Positions 8,951 through 17,462 of a stretch of DNA of 17,462 nucleotides are shown here, piece by piece. The position numbers were made by a program, and so were the translations under genes. The stretch spans positions 1-17,462 of the forward strand of contig JANLPS010000283.1 in assembly GCA_031367385.1 (NCBI GenBank). The letters run 5' to 3'. The stretch is from Archangium sp. GTDB taxonomy: Bacteria; Myxococcota; Myxococcia; Myxococcales; Myxococcaceae. Each line of letters starts with the position of its first letter. Position 1 is the stretch's first letter. The notes beneath the pieces are model-generated. The model searched no databases. It had not been told where the DNA came from and saw only the letters and a list, made by a program, of their open reading frames with translations.

Positions 8951-8966
8951 AGCAAGGGGCATGCCT
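8951..8966 (-). promoter_or_regulatory. Putative sigma54 (RpoN) -24/-12 promoter for the DUF6600-like gene
   Basis: Minus strand reads AGGCATG-CCCC-TTGCT against consensus TGGCACG-N4-TTGC(A/T). Exact GG-N10-GC spacing. The implied start site near 8940 is just upstream of the SD and ATG 8926. Confidence 0.6.
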
Positions 8967-8978
8967 CAATGAAAGCAG

Positions 8979-9008
8979 GGCGTTGACCGGCTCAGCGACG
9001 CCAACGCG
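8979..9008 (-). terminator. Possible weak intrinsic terminator after the minus-strand GT4 gene
   Basis: Minus strand GCGTTGGCGTCGCTGAGCCGGTCAACGCC can fold (GGCGT/ACGCC or GCGTTG/CAACGC) and is followed by CTGCTTTCATT, a poor U-tract. Confidence 0.25.
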
Positions 9009-9014
9009 CCACAC

Positions 9015-10085
9015 TCAGCGCAGGGCGCGGCGATACACCTGCAAGGTCTGCTGCGCACACTCGAGCCACGAATACCGCTCCGAGCGTTCTCGACCGAGCT
9101 CAGACAACTTCCGTCGCAGGGCTTCATCACGAAACAACCGCAAACACGCCTGCTTCCACGCGTTCGCGTCATCGGCCGGAGCCAACAGCGCCGCCTGGCC
9201 CACCATGTCTGGCAACGCGCCGGCATTCGCGACCACCACGGGGGCTCCACAGGCCATCGCCTCGAGCGCGGGTAACCCGAACCCCTCGTAGCGAGAGGGC
9301 ACCAGCACGGCCTGGGCACCCGCGAAAAATCGCACCAGATCTTCATCGGGCAGCGGAGCCAGCTCGAGCACCGACTCGCTGAAGCCGAGCGCGCGCCTCG
9401 CTCCACGCCCGGCCAGCAACACCAACGGAGCGGGCAACGAATCGGCGATCGACGTCAGCACCTTCAAGTTCTTGTGCGGTTTCGTCGACCCCACCGCAAC
9501 GAAGTACTTCTGCGGCAAGCCGCGGCGCGCGCGAAAATCATCGAGCTCGCTGACCGTGGGCACGTGAAACATCGCGTCGACGCCGTTGGCGATCACCTGC
9601 AGCCGCTCGGGAGCGATGCCCAGATGGGTGGCGATTTCCGAGCGTGAAAAAGCCGAAACGGTGATCAACGCCCGAGCCCTTTTGGCCCTCGGCGCCACCA
9701 CCAACCGGTAATACGCCGTTCGCGTGGTCGACACGCTCTCGGGCAGCGCCAGGTGATTGGCATCATGAAGGGTCGCCACCAGGGGGCCAGGCCACAGCGC
9801 GGGCACCGAGAATGACGTCGCGTGAAACAGGTCAGGCCGCTCAGAAAACAGCGTCGCGGCGAGGGCGGGCTGCTCGAAGGGCGACAGAAAATCGGCGCTG
9901 CACTTCACCAGCGGCACGCGGGGCGTCAGCACGCCGAGATCGTCGGGTACGCCCTGGGGCCCGGTCAGACCGACGAACTGCCATGAGGGCTCGAGCTGCG
10001 GCAAATGCCGACACAATTCGAGGGCATAGCGAGCGATGCCGTGCAACGGGCCGCGCACCATTCTCAAGTCGACAAGCACCTTCAC
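9015..10085 (-). CDS. Glycosyltransferase family 4 (group 1, MtfB-like)
   Basis: HGIARYA, PDLFHAT, VATLHD, ITVSAFSR, VIANGVD, VGSTKPHKNL and the GT4 signature PSRYEGFGLPALEAMACG. Two tandem GTGs (10088, 10085); 10085 gives MKVLVD. Confidence 0.93.
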   Translation of the reverse strand: MKVLVDLRMVRGPLHGIARYALELCRHLPQLEPSWQFVGLTGPQGVPDDLGVLTPRVPLVKCSADFLSPFEQPALAATLFSERPDLFHATSFSVPALWPGPLVATLHDANHLALPESVSTTRTAYYRLVVAPRAKRARALITVSAFSRSEIATHLGIAPERLQVIANGVDAMFHVPTVSELDDFRARRGLPQKYFVAVGSTKPHKNLKVLTSIADSLPAPLVLLAGRGARRALGFSESVLELAPLPDEDLVRFFAGAQAVLVPSRYEGFGLPALEAMACGAPVVVANAGALPDMVGQAALLAPADDANAWKQACLRLFRDEALRRKLSELGRERSERYSWLECAQQTLQVYRRALR

Positions 10086-10088
10086 CAC

Positions 10089-10138
10089 GGGCGCCAGACT
10101 AAGCGAGGCGGGCCAAGCGTGCTATTTCGCGGCCTCCC
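10089..10138. promoter_or_regulatory. Compact 50-bp divergent promoter region with no Shine-Dalgarno on either side
   Basis: Plus strand GTGCTAT (10119-10125) ends 13 nt before GTG 10139. Minus strand TAGTCT (10101-10096) is a -10-like hexamer close to the GTG starts. Confidence 0.4.
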
Positions 10139-11236
10139 GTGCGCGTCGCTCTCGTTCATGACTGGCTGATTACCTGGCGCGGTGGCGAAAAAGTCCTCGC
10201 CGCGATGGCCCGCCGGTTTCCTGAGGCGACGATTTACACGCTGTTTCACGAGGCGTCGGCGATGCCCGCTGAGCTGCGCTCCCGTCGCGTCGTCAGCTCG
10301 TTTCTCGATCGGTTGCCGGGGGCGCGTGACCGCCACCGCTTCATGCTGCCCCTGATGCCGGCCGCGATTCGCTCGCTCGAGCTCGAGCCGGTCGATCTGG
10401 TCATCTCGTCGAGCCACTGCGTCGCGAAGGCGATCTCCGTGCCGCGGGGCGCCAAGCACTTGTCGTACGTACACGCACCTCTTCGCTACATGTGGGACCG
10501 CTTCGACGATTACTTCGGCCCCGGCCGGGCGAGCCTCGGCGTGAGGGCCGCGGCCACTGCGCTCAGGCCCGCGCTCCAGGCGTGGGACGTGCTGACTGCC
10601 GCTGGCGTCGATCGCTTCGTCGCCAACAGCCATCACGTCGCAGCGCAAATTTCTCAGCGCTATCACCGGCATGCCGCAGTGGTGGCGCCGCCGGTCGAGC
10701 TGTCGCGATTCACCGCGGGAGGCGTCGAGGGCACGGGGCAGGGTGGGTACTTCTTGGTGCTCGGCGCGTTGGCGCCGTACAAACGTGTCGACTTGGCGAT
10801 CGAGGCGTTCACCCGGCTGGGGCTCCCGTTGTGGGTCGCGGGGAGCGGTCAGCTGCGGCTCGGCACGAACCTCGCCCCGAATATTCGAGTGCTGGGGCAG
10901 GTCGATGACGATCAGCTGCCGGGGTTGTACCGCAATGCACGCGCGCTGATTTTCCCAGGGCTCGAAGACTTCGGGCTAACGCCTGTCGAGGCGATGGCCG
11001 TCGGGCGGCCGGTCATTGCGTTTCGCGGCGGTGGGGCGCTCGATACGGTGACTCCTTCGACCGGGCTGTTCTTCGAGCAGCAGACCGTCGAGAGCGTGAT
11101 CGGCGCTGTTCAGGCGTTCGATCGGTTCGAGGCAACCTTCTCACCGGCGGCCGCCCGAGCTCAGGCGCTTCGCTTCGACGAGGCGACCTTTCTGCGTGGC
11201 CTCGAGCACGAAATCAAAGCGGTGCTGTCGCCCTGA
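10139..11236 (+). CDS. Glycosyltransferase family 4 (WbaZ-like)
   Basis: MRVALVHDWLITWRGGEKVL, DLVISSSHCVAK, YVHAPLRYMWD, FVANSH, PYKRVDLAI and EDFGLTPVEAMAVGRPVIA. Confidence 0.93.
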   Translation: MRVALVHDWLITWRGGEKVLAAMARRFPEATIYTLFHEASAMPAELRSRRVVSSFLDRLPGARDRHRFMLPLMPAAIRSLELEPVDLVISSSHCVAKAISVPRGAKHLSYVHAPLRYMWDRFDDYFGPGRASLGVRAAATALRPALQAWDVLTAAGVDRFVANSHHVAAQISQRYHRHAAVVAPPVELSRFTAGGVEGTGQGGYFLVLGALAPYKRVDLAIEAFTRLGLPLWVAGSGQLRLGTNLAPNIRVLGQVDDDQLPGLYRNARALIFPGLEDFGLTPVEAMAVGRPVIAFRGGGALDTVTPSTGLFFEQQTVESVIGAVQAFDRFEATFSPAAARAQALRFDEATFLRGLEHEIKAVLSP

Positions 11237-11395
11237 CGAGGTCGACCATTGTCCATGGCTCGAGCAGGAGCCCAGCGCGCGGCCCCAAGACGCTCGAGCG
11301 GTTCGCGTAGTGAGCGAGTTTGGCGCGTTGAGCTGGAGATCGGTCTTGAGAAGCACGACGCGTTGATCGAAAGGCTCGGTGAACCCTAGCGTTCA

Positions 11396-11526
11396 TTCTT
11401 TGTAACATGAGTTCAGGCCCCCGGCGGGCGAGTGACGTACTTGAGGCCCTGCGCGGCAGAATGCATCTCACTGGTTCTTTGTAACATGAGCCGACCGTCG
11501 CCATTCGTACTGAGGGCCTCGCGGCG
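11396..11526. repeat. Imperfect direct repeat in the spacer between convergent genes
   Basis: TTCTTTGTAACATGAG is exact at 11396-11411 and 11475-11490. Each copy is followed by a related block: CGTACTTGAGGCCCTGCGCGGC (11436-11457) and CGTACTGAGGGCCTCGCGGC (11506-11525). Confidence 0.75.
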
Positions 11527-11572
11527 CGCTCATGATCGGCTCTCGCCGGAGCGTCTCTGAGGACCCCACCTC

Positions 11573-13204
11573 TCAGCGCGAGACTGTCGCCTTCATGATC
11601 TCGATCGGCATCAACACGTTCGCGCGGGTCGCGGTATTGAGAAACGCCCAGCGCGCCCGGCTCGTCGGGTACATGTCGTAGTGCGCGATCGAGGTGAGCC
11701 GCAGGCCCACCGCTTCGAATTCACCAATCGGCAGCTCAGGCCCAAAGACCACCAGGCGTGGGCCACCATCGAGCACTGCATCGCGAAGCTCGAAGGGGCT
11801 CATGTACCGCGCATCGCGGCGGGCATAAAACGCCAGCGCGAATGAAGGCGCCAGCGCGACCACCGGTATCTCCGTTCGCGTGGGCTCTTCACGACGCAGC
11901 AGCTGCCCGATCGCCTCGTACGGTTGGTACGCAATCAGCGAAGGCGAGACGAGGCCGTGAAAGAAAATCATGCCCCCGGCGACCGACGCCACCAGTGAAA
12001 AGGCCACGCGCTCTGGTGCCTCGACCCGCCCGCGCAGCAGGCCCACCACGAAGGGTATCGCCGCCACGAGCAGCAGCCACCCCAGACTCGCGGGAAACAC
12101 GTAGCTCACCGTGAGCCACACCACGATGAACACGCCTGCAGCCAGCACCCACCCGGCGACGACCCAGCGCCGCGCAGCAAGCTCGCCGAGCACGAGCACC
12201 TCATCGGCCGCCAGCAGCGCCGCGGCCGGAGTGATCCAATACAAATACTGCGGCAGCTTGAAGATCGAGCTCGAGATCAAGATCAGCGGCAAGAACAGCC
12301 ACCACACCACGACGCGAGACACATCGAACGGCAAGCGCCGAGCCCTGTACACGCGTGCCGCGCGTCGAATCAGCGCCGCGATCGTCAGCGGCACGAACGG
12401 CAGAAACGCCCACAGCGAGGTGTGGAGGTAGAACAGCGGCGTCGTGGTGTCGCGAAATTCACTCGTGCCATTCAGCCGGCCCACGCTCTGCTGCCACAAC
12501 ATGTACCGCGCGGCCTCTGGGCCCTGATGCAGCGCGAGCGCCACGTAAAAGGGCGAGACGATCAACGCGACGATGAAGAGCCCGCGAATCGGCCGAACAC
12601 TGAAGACTCGCCTGGCCAATGACGCCCCGGGCAACCACCGGTCGCGAACCAACTCGGGGGCGACCGCCAACATCGGCAGCGCCAGCCCCACCGGCCCCTT
12701 CGAGAGCACCGCGCACCCAGCAAAAGCCCACGCGGCCCACATCATCGAGGGCCGTTGCCTCGACGCCAGCGTGGCTGCGATCGCCAGCGTGGTGAACGCC
12801 ATCAGCGGCATGTCGACCTTCGGGTCGGCGACCATCAGCTGAAACGCCGTCGAGCTCGCCACGAACGCCGCTGCGATCGCCCCAAGCCGCGAGTCTTTGA
12901 GCTGCCGCCCGACCCAGAAGGTGCCCACCATCGCGAGAAACCCGAAGAGCAGGGCAGGGAGCCGGGCCGCCAAATCTCCAACGCCGAACACCGACATCAG
13001 CGCCGCCTGGGCCCACAGCATCATTGGAGGCTTGTTGATGAACGGCCCATTCATGTCGCGAAGGTCGAGCCAATTGCCAGACTCGAGCATGCGCCGCGCG
13101 ACGTCGGCGTACTGCGCCGGGTCGACGTCTTGAAGCCCATTCGCCAGCCCGACGAGCGCCGGAGCAACCCCCAGCGCGACCAGCGACCACGATGCCACTT
13201 TCAC
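11573..13204 (-). CDS. ArnT-like GT-C fold polyprenyl-phosphate-sugar-dependent glycosyltransferase (GT83/GT39, PMT_2)
   Basis: Many TM helices. DPAQYADVARRM, NKPPMMLW, ARLP, DMPL, LSKGPVG and KLPQY follow the ArnT motif order. Start set at GTG 13204 (GGAGG upstream), because the ORF-track extension to 13447 overlaps the neighbouring gene. Confidence 0.85.
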   Translation of the reverse strand: MKVASWSLVALGVAPALVGLANGLQDVDPAQYADVARRMLESGNWLDLRDMNGPFINKPPMMLWAQAALMSVFGVGDLAARLPALLFGFLAMVGTFWVGRQLKDSRLGAIAAAFVASSTAFQLMVADPKVDMPLMAFTTLAIAATLASRQRPSMMWAAWAFAGCAVLSKGPVGLALPMLAVAPELVRDRWLPGASLARRVFSVRPIRGLFIVALIVSPFYVALALHQGPEAARYMLWQQSVGRLNGTSEFRDTTTPLFYLHTSLWAFLPFVPLTIAALIRRAARVYRARRLPFDVSRVVVWWLFLPLILISSSIFKLPQYLYWITPAAALLAADEVLVLGELAARRWVVAGWVLAAGVFIVVWLTVSYVFPASLGWLLLVAAIPFVVGLLRGRVEAPERVAFSLVASVAGGMIFFHGLVSPSLIAYQPYEAIGQLLRREEPTRTEIPVVALAPSFALAFYARRDARYMSPFELRDAVLDGGPRLVVFGPELPIGEFEAVGLRLTSIAHYDMYPTSRARWAFLNTATRANVLMPIEIMKATVSR

Positions 13205-13256
13205 GAAGGGGGGTTTCCTCCGTTCGGGGGCACGGGTCAACAACCCGAAGAAGCGC

Positions 13257-14069
13257 CTAGTGCGCTTCCTCTTCTTCCTCCTCAACCTCGCACCCAACGC
13301 CGTTGCACACGGGCTGCAAGGTGACTGCGCACGAGCTCGGAGTCGAGCCCGGCACCATGAACTGCGCCACCGCCGAATCTGAAGTCGTGACCTCGCGCAT
13401 CGGAGGCATGCCCGACACCTCGACCACACTGGCTCCGTGCGCATCACCCGAAACCATCTGCTCAGCCGTTGCCGTCACGCAGGCCCGGTCTGTCGCGCTC
13501 ACGGTCACCTCTGACGCCGGCAAGTATCTGAAGTTCGCGATCGAAGCGCCGTGGGCCTTCAAGGTGAGGTTCTTCGCGTTCATCCCGGCGCCGTCGATGA
13601 TCGCGTGCTCTGAAGCGAGCACCACGGCCGACTTGGCGTTCACATTGCTGAGCTGAAGGTGCGCGGTATCTCTGGCTTCGAGCGTCACCGAGTCTCCCTC
13701 CAGGCCCTCGACCCAGGCGTGCACCGACGACAGTGCCTTGATCGAGTCGAGCTTCGGCACCGTCATCGCCAGGTATGGTTCGGTGCGCCGCTCGCTGCCG
13801 ATCAGGTCGAAGTCGATGGTGAGCACGCCATTGACGACCTCGGTGCGAATCAGCGGCACTATGTTGTCATCACCACTGAGCTCCAACGCCGAGAGCGGGC
13901 CCTTCTTGAGGTGCACCTTGAAGCTCCCGCTGGCCGAGATCTTCGTGAACCCCTCGAGCGCCCGGGCTTCGGTGACGAACACGCCGCTCCCGCCCTGTGT
14001 CATCGGGCCGCAGGCGAGCAGCGTCATCGAGAGCAACTGACCCACGATCAATGTGCGTTGAGGTCTCAT
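13257..14069 (-). CDS. Lipoprotein with DUF2807 (head GIN, auto-transporter adhesin-like) beta-solenoid domain
   Basis: Lipobox LLAC at residues 17-20. GSG..VTEARALEGFTKISASGSFKVHL and SGDDNIVPLIRTEVVNGVLTI are typical of DUF2807. ~19-aa beta repeats (..A(S/H)(G/E)(A/H)(S/A)..), acidic C-terminus. Confidence 0.85.
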   Translation of the reverse strand: MRPQRTLIVGQLLSMTLLACGPMTQGGSGVFVTEARALEGFTKISASGSFKVHLKKGPLSALELSGDDNIVPLIRTEVVNGVLTIDFDLIGSERRTEPYLAMTVPKLDSIKALSSVHAWVEGLEGDSVTLEARDTAHLQLSNVNAKSAVVLASEHAIIDGAGMNAKNLTLKAHGASIANFRYLPASEVTVSATDRACVTATAEQMVSGDAHGASVVEVSGMPPMREVTTSDSAVAQFMVPGSTPSSCAVTLQPVCNGVGCEVEEEEEEAH

Positions 14070-14092
14070 GACGGCACGAACGCGGTGCCGTC
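14070..14092. promoter_or_regulatory. Perfect 8-bp inverted repeat abutting the DUF2807 start codon
   Basis: GACGGCAC-GAACGCG-GTGCCGTC. The ATG at 14069 follows immediately on the minus strand. Confidence 0.4.
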
Positions 14093-14109
14093 GAAAAACA
14101 TATTGCTCG

Positions 14110-15156
14110 TTATCGAACTTCGACGCCGATCGAGAACGAATCGTCGAGCTCGCCGTTGCTGATCGTCGCGGTCACCTTGCATGCGACGCCGCCGTCCATC
14201 ACGCGCGGTGCGAACCAGCGGCGATATGAGCCCGAGCTGCCAGCATCACCGGGCCAGGCGCCCGAGCAGCTGTCGCTCATCTTCACCGAAGTGACGCTCT
14301 GGTCTGACCCGTAGCTCACGCCGAAGTCGACTCCGGCGCCAGGGGCCACGTTCTTCAAGTTGGCTCCGCCCCACGCGCGATCGAACGAGGCGTACGCCCA
14401 GCCGGCGTCGCCGCGGTACCACGAGGCCTGAAGGCCGCTGATGCGCGGGCGGGGTACGAATTGGCCCGAGATGCTCACGCTGCCGCTCGCCGCGGTCACG
14501 ACCTGCACCCAGGCGCTCTCGCTCACCGAGGCGCCTTTCGCGGTCGCCTCGTACTTGAGCAGGCACGAGCCCACGTTGCCCCGCGACCAGGTCGTCGACG
14601 CAGTGGTCGTGCTCGCGAACTTGCCGCCGCAATCGTCTGTCCATTTGCCGGTGATCGCGTCGCCGTCGAGGTCAACCACGTCCGCGGTGACGATGACCGC
14701 CTCGTTTTGGTTCACCACCAACTTCGAGACCGTGAAGTTCTGAATGATTGGCGCGATATCGACTTGGCCCTCGCTCGGAGCCGTATCGATCACCCGCAAC
14801 GAGACCGCCGCCGAGCCGCCCGAAGAAATCGTCACCGAGGCCGAGCCCAGGCCCACGCCCGCGTCACCTTGAAAGGCCTTCGCGGTCAAAAGGTAGGTGC
14901 CCGCAGGCAACACGATGAACCCCGAGAAGGCCCCCGAATTGGCGTCGTAGAGCAACTCGCGGCTGTACCCGCCGGGGCTCGCTGAGATGACCAAGCGCTG
15001 CACACCTGACGTTGAGAGGCGGCTCACCTTCACGTACGCGCCGCCCTGGCCCTCCGCGAGGGTCTCTTCGCTGGGGCTCCGAACCGAGGCTTCGAGCTCA
15101 CCGCAGCCACTGACCACCGCGACGACTGCAGACACGACGATGAAGCTTCGCAACAT
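14110..15156 (-). CDS. Putative lipoprotein with beta-sandwich (Ig/PKD-like) domains
   Basis: ATG at 15156 with GGAG upstream. Signal MLRSFIVVSAVVAVVSGC (lipobox VSGC). Ser/Gly/Val/Thr-rich beta strands, APII...DLDGDAITGKW motif, two DxCxG...W...C modules. Confidence 0.78.
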   Translation of the reverse strand: MLRSFIVVSAVVAVVSGCGELEASVRSPSEETLAEGQGGAYVKVSRLSTSGVQRLVISASPGGYSRELLYDANSGAFSGFIVLPAGTYLLTAKAFQGDAGVGLGSASVTISSGGSAAVSLRVIDTAPSEGQVDIAPIIQNFTVSKLVVNQNEAVIVTADVVDLDGDAITGKWTDDCGGKFASTTTASTTWSRGNVGSCLLKYEATAKGASVSESAWVQVVTAASGSVSISGQFVPRPRISGLQASWYRGDAGWAYASFDRAWGGANLKNVAPGAGVDFGVSYGSDQSVTSVKMSDSCSGAWPGDAGSSGSYRRWFAPRVMDGGVACKVTATISNGELDDSFSIGVEVR

Positions 15157-15276
15157 GGTGTTTTTTCTCCGAAATTGTGGCGGGTGAGGGCCCCGCGATG
15201 AGGTGAGAACCCGAGTGGGCAGCGGGCTGTGAAGGGGGTTGGTGCGATGGCGGCCAAGGTCGCGTCGCGGGTCGGT

Positions 15277-15307
15277 TTGGGCCACCTGTGGTATGGCCCA
15301 ACCCAAC
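15277..15307 (+). promoter_or_regulatory. Inverted repeat and extended -10-like element upstream of the phosphoglycosyl transferase gene
   Basis: TTGGGCCA-N9-TGGCCCAA (15277-15301) encloses GTGGTAT (15288-15294), which ends 13 nt before GTG 15308. Confidence 0.4.
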
Positions 15308-16695
<1,388 letters not shown>

Positions 16696-16696
<1 letters not shown>

Positions 16697-17121
16697 TGGG
16701 CCTCTTGCTCGCGCTGGTGATGGCAGCCGCCCCGCAACCCAGCGCGAACGCGAGACTGTACTTTCTCGCCGGAGACCTCTCGAAGGCCGTCGAGTGGGCC
16801 AAGCGCTGCGTCGCGACCGAGCCCGAGGTCTGCAGGCCCATGCTCAAGGCGCTCGCCGAGTACGCTTTTCTCGCCAATCACACCGACGAGCTCACCCTCG
16901 AGCAGGCCCGAGATTTCATCGCGTACGACCGGGTGGTCTCTGCCACGGTGCCCGGCAAGCTGACCAAGCCGGTGATCGCGCGGTTCGTGACCGGGCCGTT
17001 GGCGCGAGCGCACGAGTTGATGGCCTCCGATGCCGCGCAGGCCAAGTCACTGGTCGAGCGGGTGCTCACGGTCGACCCGGCGAACGCCGAGGCGCTCAAG
17101 CTGCGAAAGGCGCTCGGGTGA
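16696..17121 (+). CDS. Small, probably exported helical (TPR-like) hypothetical protein
   Basis: ATG overlaps the upstream stop (TGATG). Hydrophobic N-terminus MGLLLALVMAAA, Cys pair CVATEPEVC, TPR-like end AKSLVERVLTVDPANAEALKL. GC-rich third codon positions. Confidence 0.7.
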
Positions 17122-17139
17122 ACGAGGGTTGCGCCATCG

Positions 17140-17155
17140 GTTAGCGTTTGCTAAC
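17140..17155. promoter_or_regulatory. Putative TetR operator overlapping its own promoter
   Basis: Palindrome GTTAGC-GTTT-GCTAAC ends 8 nt before ATG 17164. TTGCGC (-35-like, 17129-17134) lies 17 nt before TAACTA. Confidence 0.6.
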
Positions 17156-17163
17156 TATGTCGC

Positions 17164-17462
17164 ATGGTGCACGAATTTCTCGTCGAGCCGGCCGATTCAC
17201 CCTCGAAGCGCGAGATTCTCGGGCACGCGCTCTCGCTGTTCGTTCGAGACGGGCTGCGCGAGACCAGCATTCGGGCCATCGCTGACGCATCGGGGTACAC
17301 CAACCCTGCGCTCTACAAGTTCTTCGACTCGAAAGACGCGCTCGCCCTTCACCTGTTCGAGCGCTGCTACACCTTCGTCTATGAGCGCCTCACGGCGGCG
17401 ACGGCGGTGATGCAGACCGTACCGAGCTTTGCCAATCGGCTCAGGTCGCTCATTGCGGCGTG
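17164..17462 (+). CDS. TetR/AcrR family transcriptional regulator, 3'-truncated by the window edge
   Basis: Hand translation, not in the ORF track: MVHEFLVEPADSPSKREILGHALSLFVRDGLRETSIRAIADASGYTNPALYKFFDSKDALALHLFERCY... Classic TetR HTH, open to the end of the window. Confidence 0.92.
   Translation, partial: MVHEFLVEPADSPSKREILGHALSLFVRDGLRETSIRAIADASGYTNPALYKFFDSKDALALHLFERCYTFVYERLTAATAVMQTVPSFANRLRSLIAA

Noticed and set aside
11396..11490. Mini CRISPR array
   Set aside because: Only two 16-nt repeats separated by 63 nt, the intervening sequence is itself partly repeated, and there are no cas genes.
11573..13204. Calling the GT-C arnT or waaL
   Set aside because: Key ArnT motif residues differ and no arn genes are adjacent. 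The motif order is GT83/39-like rather than Wzy_C-like, so no symbol is assigned.
13205..13447. N-terminal extension of the GT-C ORF (likewise the extensions starting at 4983, 8962, 15239 and 15315)
   Set aside because: They overlap neighbouring genes or promoters, and better starts with an SD, signal peptide or stop/start overlap lie downstream.
14070..14098. Intrinsic terminator between the two lipoprotein genes
   Set aside because: The T-run precedes the stem on the transcribed (minus) strand, and on the plus strand the stem is followed by As.

Overview
GC-rich bacterial DNA whose gene content and promoter style suggest Myxococcota (inference). The backbone is a cell-envelope/LPS locus. 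It opens with four genes joined by 4-bp stop/start overlaps: a 5'-truncated Pro-rich Zn-finger/TM/TPR protein, purD, lptF and lptG. A class I SAM methyltransferase follows, then a divergent pair of GT4 glycosyltransferases, a WcaJ/WbaP-type undecaprenyl-phosphate sugar phosphotransferase with a coupled small exported protein, and a 3'-truncated TetR regulator (absent from the ORF track) with a palindromic operator. Two minus-strand accessory blocks interrupt the backbone. The first is a secreted DUF6600-like protein with a Pro/Met/Ser repeat tail and a sigma54-type promoter, followed by a frameshifted, diverged second copy of its last ~300 bp. The second is two lipoproteins (tandem Ig-like; DUF2807-like) plus an ArnT-like GT-C glycosyltransferase. 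No RNA genes, CRISPR arrays or mobile-element genes were seen. I cannot demonstrate a new system. The best leads are the silent tail copy, the absence of an O-antigen ligase alongside a variant GT-C, and the repeat-containing spacer at 11237-11572.
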